A DNA stretch of 64,000 nt from Bacteroidales bacterium (GTDB lineage Bacteria > Bacteroidota > Bacteroidia > Bacteroidales > JAADJA01). The stretch covers positions 11,977-75,976 of the forward strand of contig JAGQVE010000014.1 in assembly GCA_020438105.1 (NCBI GenBank), read 5' to 3'. The notes beneath the pieces are model-generated. The model did no database searches, was not told where the DNA came from, and saw only the letters and a program-made list of their open reading frames with translations. Position numbers and translations under genes: made by a program. Positions 35,214 to 44,970 of the stretch are shown one piece after another. Position 1 is the first letter of the stretch; the number at the start of each line of letters is the position of its first letter.

Positions 35214-38200
35214 ATGCTGAATAAAATCATTCGGTTTTTTCTTGAGAACAAGCTGATCACCTTTCTGCTTATGATCTCACTGATTACCTGGGGCATCGTG
35301 ACGGCACCCTTCAACTGGAAGACCGGCTTTTTGCCCAGCGATCCGGTTCCGGTGGATGCCATCCCCGACATCGGTGAGAACCAGCAGATCGTATATACGG
35401 AATGGCCCGGCCGATCGCCGCAGGATATCGAGGATCAGATCTCTTACCCGCTGACGACTGCCCTGCTCGGCATTCCCGGTGTAAAAACAATCCGTAGTAA
35501 TTCCATTTTCGGGTTGTCGAGCATTTACATCATTTTCGAAGACAACATTGAATTTTACTGGAGTCGCACCCGAATACTCGAAAAATTAAACTCCCTTCCG
35601 GCCGGTACTTTGCCCGAAGGTATTTCTCCCTCGCTGGGACCCGATGGTACGGCTCTGGGGCAAATCTACTGGTATACCCTTGAAGGGCGCGACAAAGACG
35701 GCAATCCCGCCGGTGGCTGGGATCCGCAGGAACTCAGAAGCATCCAGGATTTTTATGTCCGCTACTCGCTTACCGCAGCCAAAGGTGTTTCTGAAGTTGC
35801 TTCCATCGGTGGATTTGTCAAAGAGTACCAGGTCGACATCGACCCCAACGCCATGAAAGCCTATGGTGTGACGGTTGGACAGGTGATGGAGGCCGTTAAA
35901 AAGAGTAACCTCGACATTGGTGCCCGCACCATCGAATTCAACCGGGCTGAATACCTCATCAGGGCATTGGGGTATGTGAAAAGCCTGAAAGACCTCGAAG
36001 AGAGCGTTGTGGCCGTGCACGATAACGTGCCGGTGAGGATCAGTGATGTAGCTAAAGTGAATTTCGGTCCGGCCACCCGGCGCGGCGGCTTGGATAAAGG
36101 CGGTGCAGAAGCTGTGGGTGGTGTTGTGGTTGCCCGCTACGGTGCCAATCCCATGGAGGTGATCAACCATGTAAAAGATAAAATAGCCGAAATTTCAGCA
36201 GGGCTTCCTTCCAAAACGCTGGATGATGGCACCGTTTCCAAAGTTACAATTGTTCCGTTTTACGATCGTACCGGCCTGATCAAGGAAACCCTGGGCACAC
36301 TCGAATCGGCTTTGACCGACGAAATTCTGATCAGCATCATCGTGGTGATCATCCTGGTTTTGAACCTGCGGGCTTCGATCCTGATCTCCAGTCTGCTACC
36401 CATTGGTGTGCTCATCACCTTCATCGTGATGCGGCAGTTCGGCGTGGATGCCAACATCGTGGCGCTGTCCGGTATTGCCATCGCCATTGGAGTGATGGTG
36501 GATGTGGGGATCGTCTTCACGGAGAACATCATACGGCACCTCGATTTGCCTGAAAACAAGGGCGCCCACGGTAAAAAATTGCTGAATGTGATCTATGAAG
36601 CCACCACCGAAGTGGCATCCGCCATCATGACGGCGCTGGCCACAACGGTCGTCAGCTTCCTTCCGGTATTTGCCATGCAGGCCGCGGAGGGAAAACTTTT
36701 CAAACCGCTGGCTTTCACAAAAACATTTGCATTGCTGGCCTCGCTGCTCATCGGGATCGTTATGATCCCTGCACTGGCCAATGTCATCTTTTCCATACGT
36801 TTTGATAAAAAACGGGTATCCCGCATCTGGAATATAGCATTGATCGCCATCGGAATTATTTTACTGATCACAAGCGGACAGTGGGAAACGCTGGCACTCG
36901 TGGCTTTTGGGATCAATAACCTGCTTGCTTTCCGTTGGCCGGAAAAAAGAAAAAAATTCCCCAATCTCATCAACATCGGGATTGCTTTGGTGGTGGTGAT
37001 CTATTATCTCACCATCGAATGGATGCCGCTGGGCGCCATGAACTCCACCTTCGTCAACTTCCTGTTTGTGATCGTCATTCTTGCGGTTGTGTTGGGAACA
37101 CTGATGACGGTGGTGCATTATTATTCGTCTATTCTGCAGTGGTGCCTCGCCAATAAATGGAAATTCCTGGCCATCCCGACATTCATTGTTTTGCAGGGGA
37201 TCGTCATCTGGCAGGGCTTGGAAAGGACTTTTGGTTTTATTCCGAATACCTTGCAACGGATTGGCATCGAAACCCGCGATTCGCAGTTTTGGGCCAGGGC
37301 AACGAGTACTTTCCCGGGGATCGGTAAAGAATTTATGCCGGCACTCGATGAAGGATCATTTCTGCTCATGCCAACCACGATGCCCCATTCGGGAGTAGAG
37401 GAAAACACGCAGGTGATCCAGCTGCTCGACATGAAAGTGAATGCTATTCCGGAAGTGGAATCGACGGTTGGGAAATGGGGACGTGTGAACTCAGCACTCG
37501 ACCCCGCACCGATTTCGATGTTTGAAAATGTCATCAACTACCGTCCGGAATACATCCTTGATGAGAACGGCCGCAGGATGCGCTTCAAAACCGATGATGA
37601 AGGTGCATTTATGCTGAAGGACAGCACCATCTACGACCGGCAAAGAGATGGATTTAAAGTGATCGGCAAGGATGATCTTATTCCGGATGAAAACGGAGAA
37701 TATTTCCGTCAATGGCGCGACGAGATCCATTCGCCTGACGACATCTGGCAGGAGATTGTGAATGCTTCCAAAATACCGGGCTTGACCTCCGCACCCAAGC
37801 TACAGCCCATCCAAACCAGGCTGGTGATGCTTCAAACCGGCATGCGGGCACCCATGGGCATCAAGGTGTACGGTCCCGATCTGCAAACCATCGAACAAAC
37901 CGGTTTCGAACTGGAACGCCTGTTGAAAGAAGTTCCCGGTGTTGAGCCCAACTCCGTATTTGCCGACCGGGTGGTAGGCAAACCTTACCTCGAGATCAAG
38001 ATCGACCGAGAGGCTATCTCACGTTACGGACTCACCATCGATGACCTGCAAAAATACATCGGCGGTGCCATTGGCGGTATGAAACTCACCACAACCGTTG
38101 AAGGCCGTGAGCGCTTCCCGGTACGAGTGCGCTATGCCCGTGAATACCGGGATAATCCCGACGACCTGAAAACGGTGCTGATCCCGACACCTTCGGGGGC

Positions 38201-39056
38201 ACAGGTTCCTTTGGGTGAACTGGCCGACATCACCTATACCCGCGGGCCGCAAATGATCAAGAGCGAAGACACTTTCCTGGTTGGATATGTGATCTTCGAT
38301 AAAAAAGAAGGGTATGCCGAAGGCGATGTAGTGGCCAATGCACAGGCATTTCTGAAAAAGAAATCCGATGAAGGCGAATTTATGCTGCCGACTGGTGTGA
38401 GCTATAAATTCACCGGAAACTATGAAAACCAGATACGTGCTACCAAACGCCTGATGCTGGTAGTTCCCATTTCGCTCATCATCATCTTCCTGATCCTCTA
38501 TTTCCAGTTCAGGTCGGTGACCACATCGGGCATGGTGTTCACAGGTATTTTCGTGGCCTTTGCCGGTGGTTTCCTGATGTTGTGGCTATACAGTCAGGGT
38601 TGGTTCCTCAATTTCAGCATTGCCGGAGTCAACATGCGCGACCTCTTCCAGATGCATACCATCAACCTGAGTGTGGCGGTTTGGGTCGGGTTCATCGCTT
38701 TGTTTGGCATTGCCACCGACGACGGCGTGATCATGGGCACTTACCTGATGCAGGTGTTTGAAAAGGAAAAACCGGCCACCGTTGATGCTGTCAGAAATTC
38801 AGTGCTGCATGCCGGAATGAAAAGGGTGCGCCCCGCCATGATGACGGCCGCCACAGCCATCATCGCCCTGATCCCAGTTCTTACTTCTACCGGAAAAGGT
38901 GCGGATATCATGGTACCCATGGCCATCCCCTCGTTTGGTGGGATGACCCTGCAGGTAATGACCATGTTCGTGGTGCCGGTGCTCTACAGCATGTGGCAGG
39001 AATCGAAAGTGAAACGAGCAACCTCAAAATCAAAACGTGATGAAGACAATGTTTAA
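35214..39056 (+). CDS. CusA/CzcA-family heavy-metal efflux RND permease, long form (1280 aa)
   Basis: HME-RND motifs are present (AIAIGVMVDVGIVFTEN; GFIALFGIATDDGVIM). It has an extra hydrophobic insert between the two halves and an insert in the second periplasmic loop. Confidence 0.9.
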   Translation: MLNKIIRFFLENKLITFLLMISLITWGIVTAPFNWKTGFLPSDPVPVDAIPDIGENQQIVYTEWPGRSPQDIEDQISYPLTTALLGIPGVKTIRSNSIFGLSSIYIIFEDNIEFYWSRTRILEKLNSLPAGTLPEGISPSLGPDGTALGQIYWYTLEGRDKDGNPAGGWDPQELRSIQDFYVRYSLTAAKGVSEVASIGGFVKEYQVDIDPNAMKAYGVTVGQVMEAVKKSNLDIGARTIEFNRAEYLIRALGYVKSLKDLEESVVAVHDNVPVRISDVAKVNFGPATRRGGLDKGGAEAVGGVVVARYGANPMEVINHVKDKIAEISAGLPSKTLDDGTVSKVTIVPFYDRTGLIKETLGTLESALTDEILISIIVVIILVLNLRASILISSLLPIGVLITFIVMRQFGVDANIVALSGIAIAIGVMVDVGIVFTENIIRHLDLPENKGAHGKKLLNVIYEATTEVASAIMTALATTVVSFLPVFAMQAAEGKLFKPLAFTKTFALLASLLIGIVMIPALANVIFSIRFDKKRVSRIWNIALIAIGIILLITSGQWETLALVAFGINNLLAFRWPEKRKKFPNLINIGIALVVVIYYLTIEWMPLGAMNSTFVNFLFVIVILAVVLGTLMTVVHYYSSILQWCLANKWKFLAIPTFIVLQGIVIWQGLERTFGFIPNTLQRIGIETRDSQFWARATSTFPGIGKEFMPALDEGSFLLMPTTMPHSGVEENTQVIQLLDMKVNAIPEVESTVGKWGRVNSALDPAPISMFENVINYRPEYILDENGRRMRFKTDDEGAFMLKDSTIYDRQRDGFKVIGKDDLIPDENGEYFRQWRDEIHSPDDIWQEIVNASKIPGLTSAPKLQPIQTRLVMLQTGMRAPMGIKVYGPDLQTIEQTGFELERLLKEVPGVEPNSVFADRVVGKPYLEIKIDREAISRYGLTIDDLQKYIGGAIGGMKLTTTVEGRERFPVRVRYAREYRDNPDDLKTVLIPTPSGAQVPLGELADITYTRGPQMIKSEDTFLVGYVIFDKKEGYAEGDVVANAQAFLKKKSDEGEFMLPTGVSYKFTGNYENQIRATKRLMLVVPISLIIIFLILYFQFRSVTTSGMVFTGIFVAFAGGFLMLWLYSQGWFLNFSIAGVNMRDLFQMHTINLSVAVWVGFIALFGIATDDGVIMGTYLMQVFEKEKPATVDAVRNSVLHAGMKRVRPAMMTAATAIIALIPVLTSTGKGADIMVPMAIPSFGGMTLQVMTMFVVPVLYSMWQESKVKRATSKSKRDEDNV

Positions 39057-40284
39057 GATCATCGGAATCATTGTGTTGCTGCTGATGGTGCAAAACCTTT
39101 CAGCACAGGATGAATTGAATCAATACCTGGCTGTAGCAGCAGAGAACAATCCGGGTGTTAAAGCGAAATTCAACGAATATTTGGCTGCCCTCGAGAAAGT
39201 GCCGCGGGTTGGGACTTTGCCCGACCCGCAGGTGAGCTTCGGGTATTTCATTCAACCCGTTGAAACAAGGGTCGGACCCCAACGGGCAAAGATCTCGGCT
39301 TCGCAAATGTTCCCCTGGTTCGGTACGTTGGGTGCAAAAAGGGATATTGCCACCGAAATGGCCAAAAGTAAATATGAAACGTTTGAAGCCGCTAAATCGG
39401 AATTGTTTTACAAGGTTAAAGCAAACTGGTATAACCTCTATTTTACGCAAAAAGCCATTGGTATTACCCGGGAGAACATCAACATCCTTCAGATCTTCAG
39501 AAAGATTTCGCTTAGCAAGGTAGAGTCGGGACAGGCCTCTACGGTGGATATATTGCGTGTGGAAATTGAGATCTCCGACCTCGAAAACCAACTTGCATTG
39601 CTCAACGACAAATACACAGCACAACAGGCAGGGTTTAATAACCTGCTGAATGTGGAAGAAAATCGTACAGTATTGATCCCGGATTCTCTGAAAAACGAAA
39701 CGCTGGCTTACAGCCGTGAAGCTATTCTCGACAGCATCCGGCAGGTTAACCCGGCGCTGCATCAATTGGATTATATGGCTTCGGCTTACGAGCAACAGGA
39801 GTCACTGGCTCGCAAATCGGGTTCACCCAATATCATGGTTGGGGCGGATTACATCATCACCGGCAAAAGCAATATGCCGGAGGTGAGCGGATCAGGCAAA
39901 GATGCCATTGTATTTCCGATGGTCGGGATCTCGGTTCCGATCTACCAGAAAAAATATGCGTCGATGGAGAAAGAAGCACAACTGATGCAACAGTCCGTTG
40001 AAGCACAAAAAGCCGATAGGACCAACAAACTCGAATCGGACTTTGAAACGGCCAATAAAGATTACAATGATGCCGGCCGGCGGATCCCTTTGTTTAAGCT
40101 ACAATCGGAAAGGGCCAATAAGGCGCTGAGCATTCTACAGACCGAATACGAAACCGATGGTAAAAACTTTGAAGAGATCCTTCGCATGGAAAGGCAATTG
40201 CTCAAATACAAACTTGAGCTCGAGAAAGCCCGCTCGGATAAAGGCGCCGCCATTGCCTACATCGAATATCTCATGGGACAATAA
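39040..40284 (+). CDS. TolC-family outer-membrane efflux protein
   Basis: Signal peptide (IVLLLMVQNLSAQ) and OEP repeats. ATG 39040 overlaps the pump gene's end by 17 nt (alternative ATG at 39049). Confidence 0.8.
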   Translation: MKTMFKIIGIIVLLLMVQNLSAQDELNQYLAVAAENNPGVKAKFNEYLAALEKVPRVGTLPDPQVSFGYFIQPVETRVGPQRAKISASQMFPWFGTLGAKRDIATEMAKSKYETFEAAKSELFYKVKANWYNLYFTQKAIGITRENINILQIFRKISLSKVESGQASTVDILRVEIEISDLENQLALLNDKYTAQQAGFNNLLNVEENRTVLIPDSLKNETLAYSREAILDSIRQVNPALHQLDYMASAYEQQESLARKSGSPNIMVGADYIITGKSNMPEVSGSGKDAIVFPMVGISVPIYQKKYASMEKEAQLMQQSVEAQKADRTNKLESDFETANKDYNDAGRRIPLFKLQSERANKALSILQTEYETDGKNFEEILRMERQLLKYKLELEKARSDKGAAIAYIEYLMGQ

Positions 40285-40301
40285 AGCTAATTCAGATCAA
40301 A

Positions 40302-42149
40302 ATGAAAACAAAAATAAAGATCAATCAAAGAGACATAAAGATCATCCTGATCGCGGTGATTGCCGGCCTTTTCTTCGGCTGGTTGTTTTTCCACGGATCA
40401 GGCAGCGAAACCCCGCAAAATACCGCAGAATCGACAACGCAGCAGGAACAGGCAACGGTGTGGACATGCTCCATGCACCCGCAGATCCGCATGGACCATC
40501 CGGGTCAATGCCCCATCTGCGGGATGGACCTGATCCCGCTCGATGAGCTTTCAGCATCAGAAAGCGCTGTTTCACCCTCTGAAATTAAAATGACGGAAGC
40601 GGCTGTGAAAATTGCTGATGTGCAAACCATGGTCGTGAAAAAAGCCTATCCCGACAAGGAAGTTTATTTGCTGGGAAAGGTGAAACCCGATGAACGCAAT
40701 ATTGCCGAGTTGACCGCCCGCTTTGGCGGAAGGATTGAAAAACTCCATGTCAACTTCACGGGGCAAACGGTGAAAATAGGTGAAAAACTGGCGACCATTT
40801 ATTCGCCCGCCATGATGACGGCCCAGAAAGAATTGCTGGAAGCGATAAGCTACAAAGATTCCAACCCGGAATTTTACAAGGCAACCCGGAACAAACTCAA
40901 ACTCTGGGACCTGACCGAAGCGCAGATCGACGCCATCGAAAAGGAAGGAAAGACAAGCAGCTATTTTGATGTGTTGTCGCCGATCTCGGGCACCGTCACC
41001 CGTCGCGATGTGGCCGTGGGGGATTATATCAAAGAAGGCATTTCCTTGTTCCAGGTGATCGACCTCAGCAAGGTATGGGTGATGTTTGATGCCTATGAAA
41101 GCGATTTGCCGTGGATCAAGCAAAGCGATAAGGTGACTTTCACAACCAAATCGGTGCCTGGTAAAACATTCACCGGAAAGATCAGCTTCATCGATCCGGT
41201 GCTGGATGCCAAAACCCGAACTGCCAGTATACGCGTGGAAGCTGCCAATGGTGGCGATCTGCTCAAACCTGAAATGTTTGTCAATGGTGTGGTAACCTCG
41301 TCTATTGCAGGAAATAAAAAAGACCTGACCATTCCCAAAACTGCAGTTTTGTGGACCGGCAAGCGAGCTGTGGTGTATGTTAAAGTCCCCAACCGCGAAC
41401 AACCGACCTTTGAATACCGCGAGATTGAGCTGGGTCCGGTAGCCGGCGATTTTTACGTGGTAGCCGGTGGATTGAATGCCGGTGAAGAGATCGCTGTGAA
41501 TGGCGTGTTTAAGATCGATGCGGCAGCACAACTGGCCGGTAAGCCGAGCATGATGAACCCGGAAGCCGGGATCGAGTCGGGACGCAATGAACAGGTGATG
41601 GCCGCAGCACAGCTCCAACAGGATGTCAGCGAAGTGGAAGGGGATGTTAAAACACATGAACATGCTGCATCTCCTGCGGAAAAACCACAGGTGCCCGAAA
41701 AATTCAAAGAACAATTGACAAAGTTTTATGAATCATACCTTCCGATGAAAGATGCTTTTGTTGCAACCGATCCCACAGCAGTGAAAGAAAAAGCGGAAAA
41801 TATGAAAAGCCGGCTTCAAAAAGTAGATATGGAACTGCTTTCAGGAGCAACGCATATGGAATGGATGGAGTATCTCGATCCGATGAAAAAAGCCCTGGAA
41901 AAGATCATCGTTTCTAATGATATTGAGTTGCAGCGGCAGGGATTTTCCGACCTCAACCTGGTGATGTATAAAGTGATCAAACGGTTCGGACTTGAAAATG
42001 AAACGGTGTATTACCAGTATTGCCCCATGGCCTTCGACAACAAAGGCGCCTACTGGTTCAGTGAACAAAAGGAGATCAGGAATCCCTATTTCGGGGATAA
42101 GATGCTGAAGTGCGGGGAAACGAGAGAGGAGTTTGATTTTAAAAAGTAG
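40302..42149 (+). CDS. Efflux RND periplasmic adaptor (CusB-like) with N-terminal CxxC...CPxCGM metal-binding module and C-terminal helical extension
   Basis: TM anchor, then CSMHPQIRMDHPGQCPICGMDL, then the HlyD-type core. A C-terminal extension of about 170 aa is DUF3347-like (assignment from memory). Confidence 0.85.
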   Translation: MKTKIKINQRDIKIILIAVIAGLFFGWLFFHGSGSETPQNTAESTTQQEQATVWTCSMHPQIRMDHPGQCPICGMDLIPLDELSASESAVSPSEIKMTEAAVKIADVQTMVVKKAYPDKEVYLLGKVKPDERNIAELTARFGGRIEKLHVNFTGQTVKIGEKLATIYSPAMMTAQKELLEAISYKDSNPEFYKATRNKLKLWDLTEAQIDAIEKEGKTSSYFDVLSPISGTVTRRDVAVGDYIKEGISLFQVIDLSKVWVMFDAYESDLPWIKQSDKVTFTTKSVPGKTFTGKISFIDPVLDAKTRTASIRVEAANGGDLLKPEMFVNGVVTSSIAGNKKDLTIPKTAVLWTGKRAVVYVKVPNREQPTFEYREIELGPVAGDFYVVAGGLNAGEEIAVNGVFKIDAAAQLAGKPSMMNPEAGIESGRNEQVMAAAQLQQDVSEVEGDVKTHEHAASPAEKPQVPEKFKEQLTKFYESYLPMKDAFVATDPTAVKEKAENMKSRLQKVDMELLSGATHMEWMEYLDPMKKALEKIIVSNDIELQRQGFSDLNLVMYKVIKRFGLENETVYYQYCPMAFDNKGAYWFSEQKEIRNPYFGDKMLKCGETREEFDFKK

Positions 42150-42221
42150 CTAAGGAATTTTGATTGATGAAGCATTAAAAATAATTTATATAACAGTCAA
42201 AAATTGAAAATACAAAATAAC

Positions 42222-44657
42222 ATGAAGATTCACCCAGATAAAGGCTTCCACTGTCCTATGAAATGCGAAGGCAACAAAACATACGATAAACCGGGCGATT
42301 GCCCGGTGTGTGGGATGCACCTTGTCCCCGCTGATGAAAAGGAAACTCTTGATAATCACCATCATGGTGCAATGAATGATCATCATCAGAAGGATCACCA
42401 GCATAAGCAAACATCTAAGGACGATTCAGCAAAAGGGAAATATTATTGCCCCATGCGATGTGAGGGTGACAAGACATACGATAAACCCGGCGATTGCCCG
42501 GTTTGTGGGATGCACCTGAAAAAAGAAGAACGCGCAACAGCTTCAAAAACGATTTATACCTGTCCGATGCACCCGGAGGTAAAACAGGACGGACCGGGAA
42601 CCTGTCCCAAATGCGGGATGAACCTGGTACCCGAAAAAGGTGAGGAAAGCAGCGAGCAGGAAAAAGCTTATAAAAAAATGCTTAAAAAATTCTGGATTGC
42701 CTTTGCCTTTAGTGTTCCGGTGTTTATCATTTCCATGTCGGACCACATTCCCTTCCTCAACCTGGAGACTGTTGCGCCAAAAAAATTATGGAACTGGGTA
42801 GAATTCATCCTGGCATCTCCGGTTGTTTTTTATGCCGGCTGGGGATTCTTTAAAAGAGGATGGAGTTCTATACGGCGCTATTCACCCAATATGTGGACAC
42901 TGATCTCCATCGGAGTCGGAGCAGCTTACCTCTTCAGTGTTGTTTCGCTGCTGGTTCCGAGATTATTTCCGGATCAGTTTAAAGATGCAAGCGGAAACGT
43001 GCATGTTTATTTCGAAGCTGCAGCAGTAATTTTAACCCTGGTGCTGATCGGGCAGGTGATGGAGTTACGCGCACACAGCAAAACCAACTCCGCTATCAAA
43101 GCGCTGCTTGACCTGGTGCCGCCCGTTGCGAGACGCATGAAAGATGGTGAAGAAGAAGTAATTCCACTTGAAGATATTAAGGTTGGTGATATACTGCGTG
43201 TAAAACCTGGTGAAAAAATTCCGGTCGACGGAGTGGTTACGGATGGCTCTGCAACGATTGATGAAAGCATGATCACCGGAGAACCGATCCCGGTTGATAA
43301 ATCAAAAAACGATAAAGTGACCGGAGGAACCATCAATGGTAAAACAACTTTCGAAATGAAGGCCGATAAAGTGGGTAGTGATACCCTGCTTTCGCAAATC
43401 ATCGATATGGTGAATGAAGCAAGCCGAACCCGCGCACCCATTCAAAAGCTGGCGGATATCGTAGCAAAATATTTTGTCCAGATCGTGGTTGCCGTGGCCC
43501 TGATCACCTTTGCCGTTTGGGCCATCTGGGGTCCCGAACCGGCCTATGTGTATGCATTTGTCAATGCCGTTTCGGTGCTGATCATCGCCTGTCCCTGTGC
43601 CCTGGGCCTGGCTACCCCCATGTCGATCATGGTGGGGACAGGACGCGGCGCCCAATCTGGGGTGCTGGTGAAAGACTCACAAGCCATCGAATTGATGAAT
43701 AAAGTGGATACTTTGATTATTGATAAAACAGGAACCATCACCGAAGGCAAGCCCTCACTAAAATCTTTTAAGTCGTTTGGAGAATTATCAGATGAAGAAG
43801 TTCTTCGTCTGGCCGCCTCGGTCGATTCATATAGCGAACATCCCATTGCTGAAGCCATTTTTAAGGGTGCCAAAGCGAAAAAGTTGGATCTGAGCAAGAT
43901 GAAAAACTTTGAATCGGTCACAGGAAAGGGTGTGCAGGCTGAATATGAAGGGAAAAAGATCGGGCTGGGAAACCACCGCCTGCAAAAAGATTTTAATGCT
44001 TCACTGGAAGAAAAACAACGGGAACTGGTTAAAAAATGGCAATCGACCGGTCAAACCGTTATGTATCTTTTAATTGATGATCATCTTGAAGGAATCATCA
44101 GTGTTGCCGATGCAATAAAAGAAACATCGGCCAAAGCAATCAAAGATCTACAGGAGATGGGCATAAAAGTACATATGCTCACCGGCGACAACGAATTCAC
44201 AGCTAAAGCCGTAGCTGAAGAACTTCACCTCGACGGCTATCAGGCCGACTGTCTGCCCGATGACAAATACAAAAAGGTGAAAGAATTGCAGGAACATAAT
44301 CACATTGTTGCCATGGCCGGCGATGGTATCAACGATGCACCTGCACTGGAACAGGCCAATGTAGGCATTGCCATGGGAACCGGAACCGATATTGCCATGA
44401 AAAGTGCGGAGATAACCCTGGTGAAAGGTGACCTGAATGGTATTGCACGGGCAAGGGACCTAAGCCATAAGGTAATGCGGAACATCAAACAAAACCTGTT
44501 TTTTGCATTTGTCTACAATTCGGTTGGGGTGCCGATTGCTGCTGGAATCCTGTTCCCGTTTTTCGGCATCTTGCTCAGTCCGATCATTGCAGCGGCAGCT
44601 ATGAGCTTTAGTTCGGTTTCGGTGATCATAAACGCACTTCGACTAAGAAAGCAATAA
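42222..44657 (+). CDS. copA: P1B-1-type Cu(I)/Ag(I)-translocating P-type ATPase
   Basis: Motifs present: CPC (IIACPCALGLATP), DKTGTIT, GDGINDAP, YN (FVYNSVGVP) and MSFSS. The N-terminus carries three CxxC...CPxCGM modules and a His-rich spacer. The start is set at ATG 42222. Confidence 0.95.
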   Translation: MKIHPDKGFHCPMKCEGNKTYDKPGDCPVCGMHLVPADEKETLDNHHHGAMNDHHQKDHQHKQTSKDDSAKGKYYCPMRCEGDKTYDKPGDCPVCGMHLKKEERATASKTIYTCPMHPEVKQDGPGTCPKCGMNLVPEKGEESSEQEKAYKKMLKKFWIAFAFSVPVFIISMSDHIPFLNLETVAPKKLWNWVEFILASPVVFYAGWGFFKRGWSSIRRYSPNMWTLISIGVGAAYLFSVVSLLVPRLFPDQFKDASGNVHVYFEAAAVILTLVLIGQVMELRAHSKTNSAIKALLDLVPPVARRMKDGEEEVIPLEDIKVGDILRVKPGEKIPVDGVVTDGSATIDESMITGEPIPVDKSKNDKVTGGTINGKTTFEMKADKVGSDTLLSQIIDMVNEASRTRAPIQKLADIVAKYFVQIVVAVALITFAVWAIWGPEPAYVYAFVNAVSVLIIACPCALGLATPMSIMVGTGRGAQSGVLVKDSQAIELMNKVDTLIIDKTGTITEGKPSLKSFKSFGELSDEEVLRLAASVDSYSEHPIAEAIFKGAKAKKLDLSKMKNFESVTGKGVQAEYEGKKIGLGNHRLQKDFNASLEEKQRELVKKWQSTGQTVMYLLIDDHLEGIISVADAIKETSAKAIKDLQEMGIKVHMLTGDNEFTAKAVAEELHLDGYQADCLPDDKYKKVKELQEHNHIVAMAGDGINDAPALEQANVGIAMGTGTDIAMKSAEITLVKGDLNGIARARDLSHKVMRNIKQNLFFAFVYNSVGVPIAAGILFPFFGILLSPIIAAAAMSFSSVSVIINALRLRKQ

Positions 44658-44709
44658 ATGTAGACAGTATTAATTAAATCGATCAAAGGATTCATTAACA
44701 GATAATACC

Positions 44710-44934
44710 ATGAATACAACATTACTCATCATTCTTGTTCTTGTCGTATCATTTGTTCTCATCTTAGTGAGTATCAAGTTATTTTCGACCCATGTTAAGT
44801 TCCGGGAATATCCCTTTTGTAAATTTGAGATAAATGATAATATGGACACAGAAGTGTGCAAAAAATGTGGATTTAATAATCATGAAGATTGTCCTCTCGA
44901 AGATGAAAGAAAGCACCATAAACCATTCAGCTAA
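44710..44934 (+). CDS. Small TM protein with Cys-rich tail (hypothetical)
   Basis: ATG start 52 nt after the ATPase stop. One TM helix (LLIILVLVVSFVLILV). Tail with C..CKKCG...CP. There is no independent support. Confidence 0.35.
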   Translation: MNTTLLIILVLVVSFVLILVSIKLFSTHVKFREYPFCKFEINDNMDTEVCKKCGFNNHEDCPLEDERKHHKPFS

Positions 44935-44970
44935 TGAGAGTTGAATTATGTTGAATAATACATGATGTTT

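Noticed and set aside
40572-41714. 380-aa antisense ORF inside the adaptor gene. Similar long antisense or out-of-frame ORFs occur at 35586-36170, 36260-37537, 39100-39795, 26482-27102, 30863-31450, 31745-32257 and 43007-43921.
   Set aside because: All lie opposite or out of frame within genes that have unambiguous family motifs. Their translations are low-complexity (Arg/Gly/His/Pro-rich) and carry no motifs. They occur only in the high-GC blocks, where stop codons are rare by chance.
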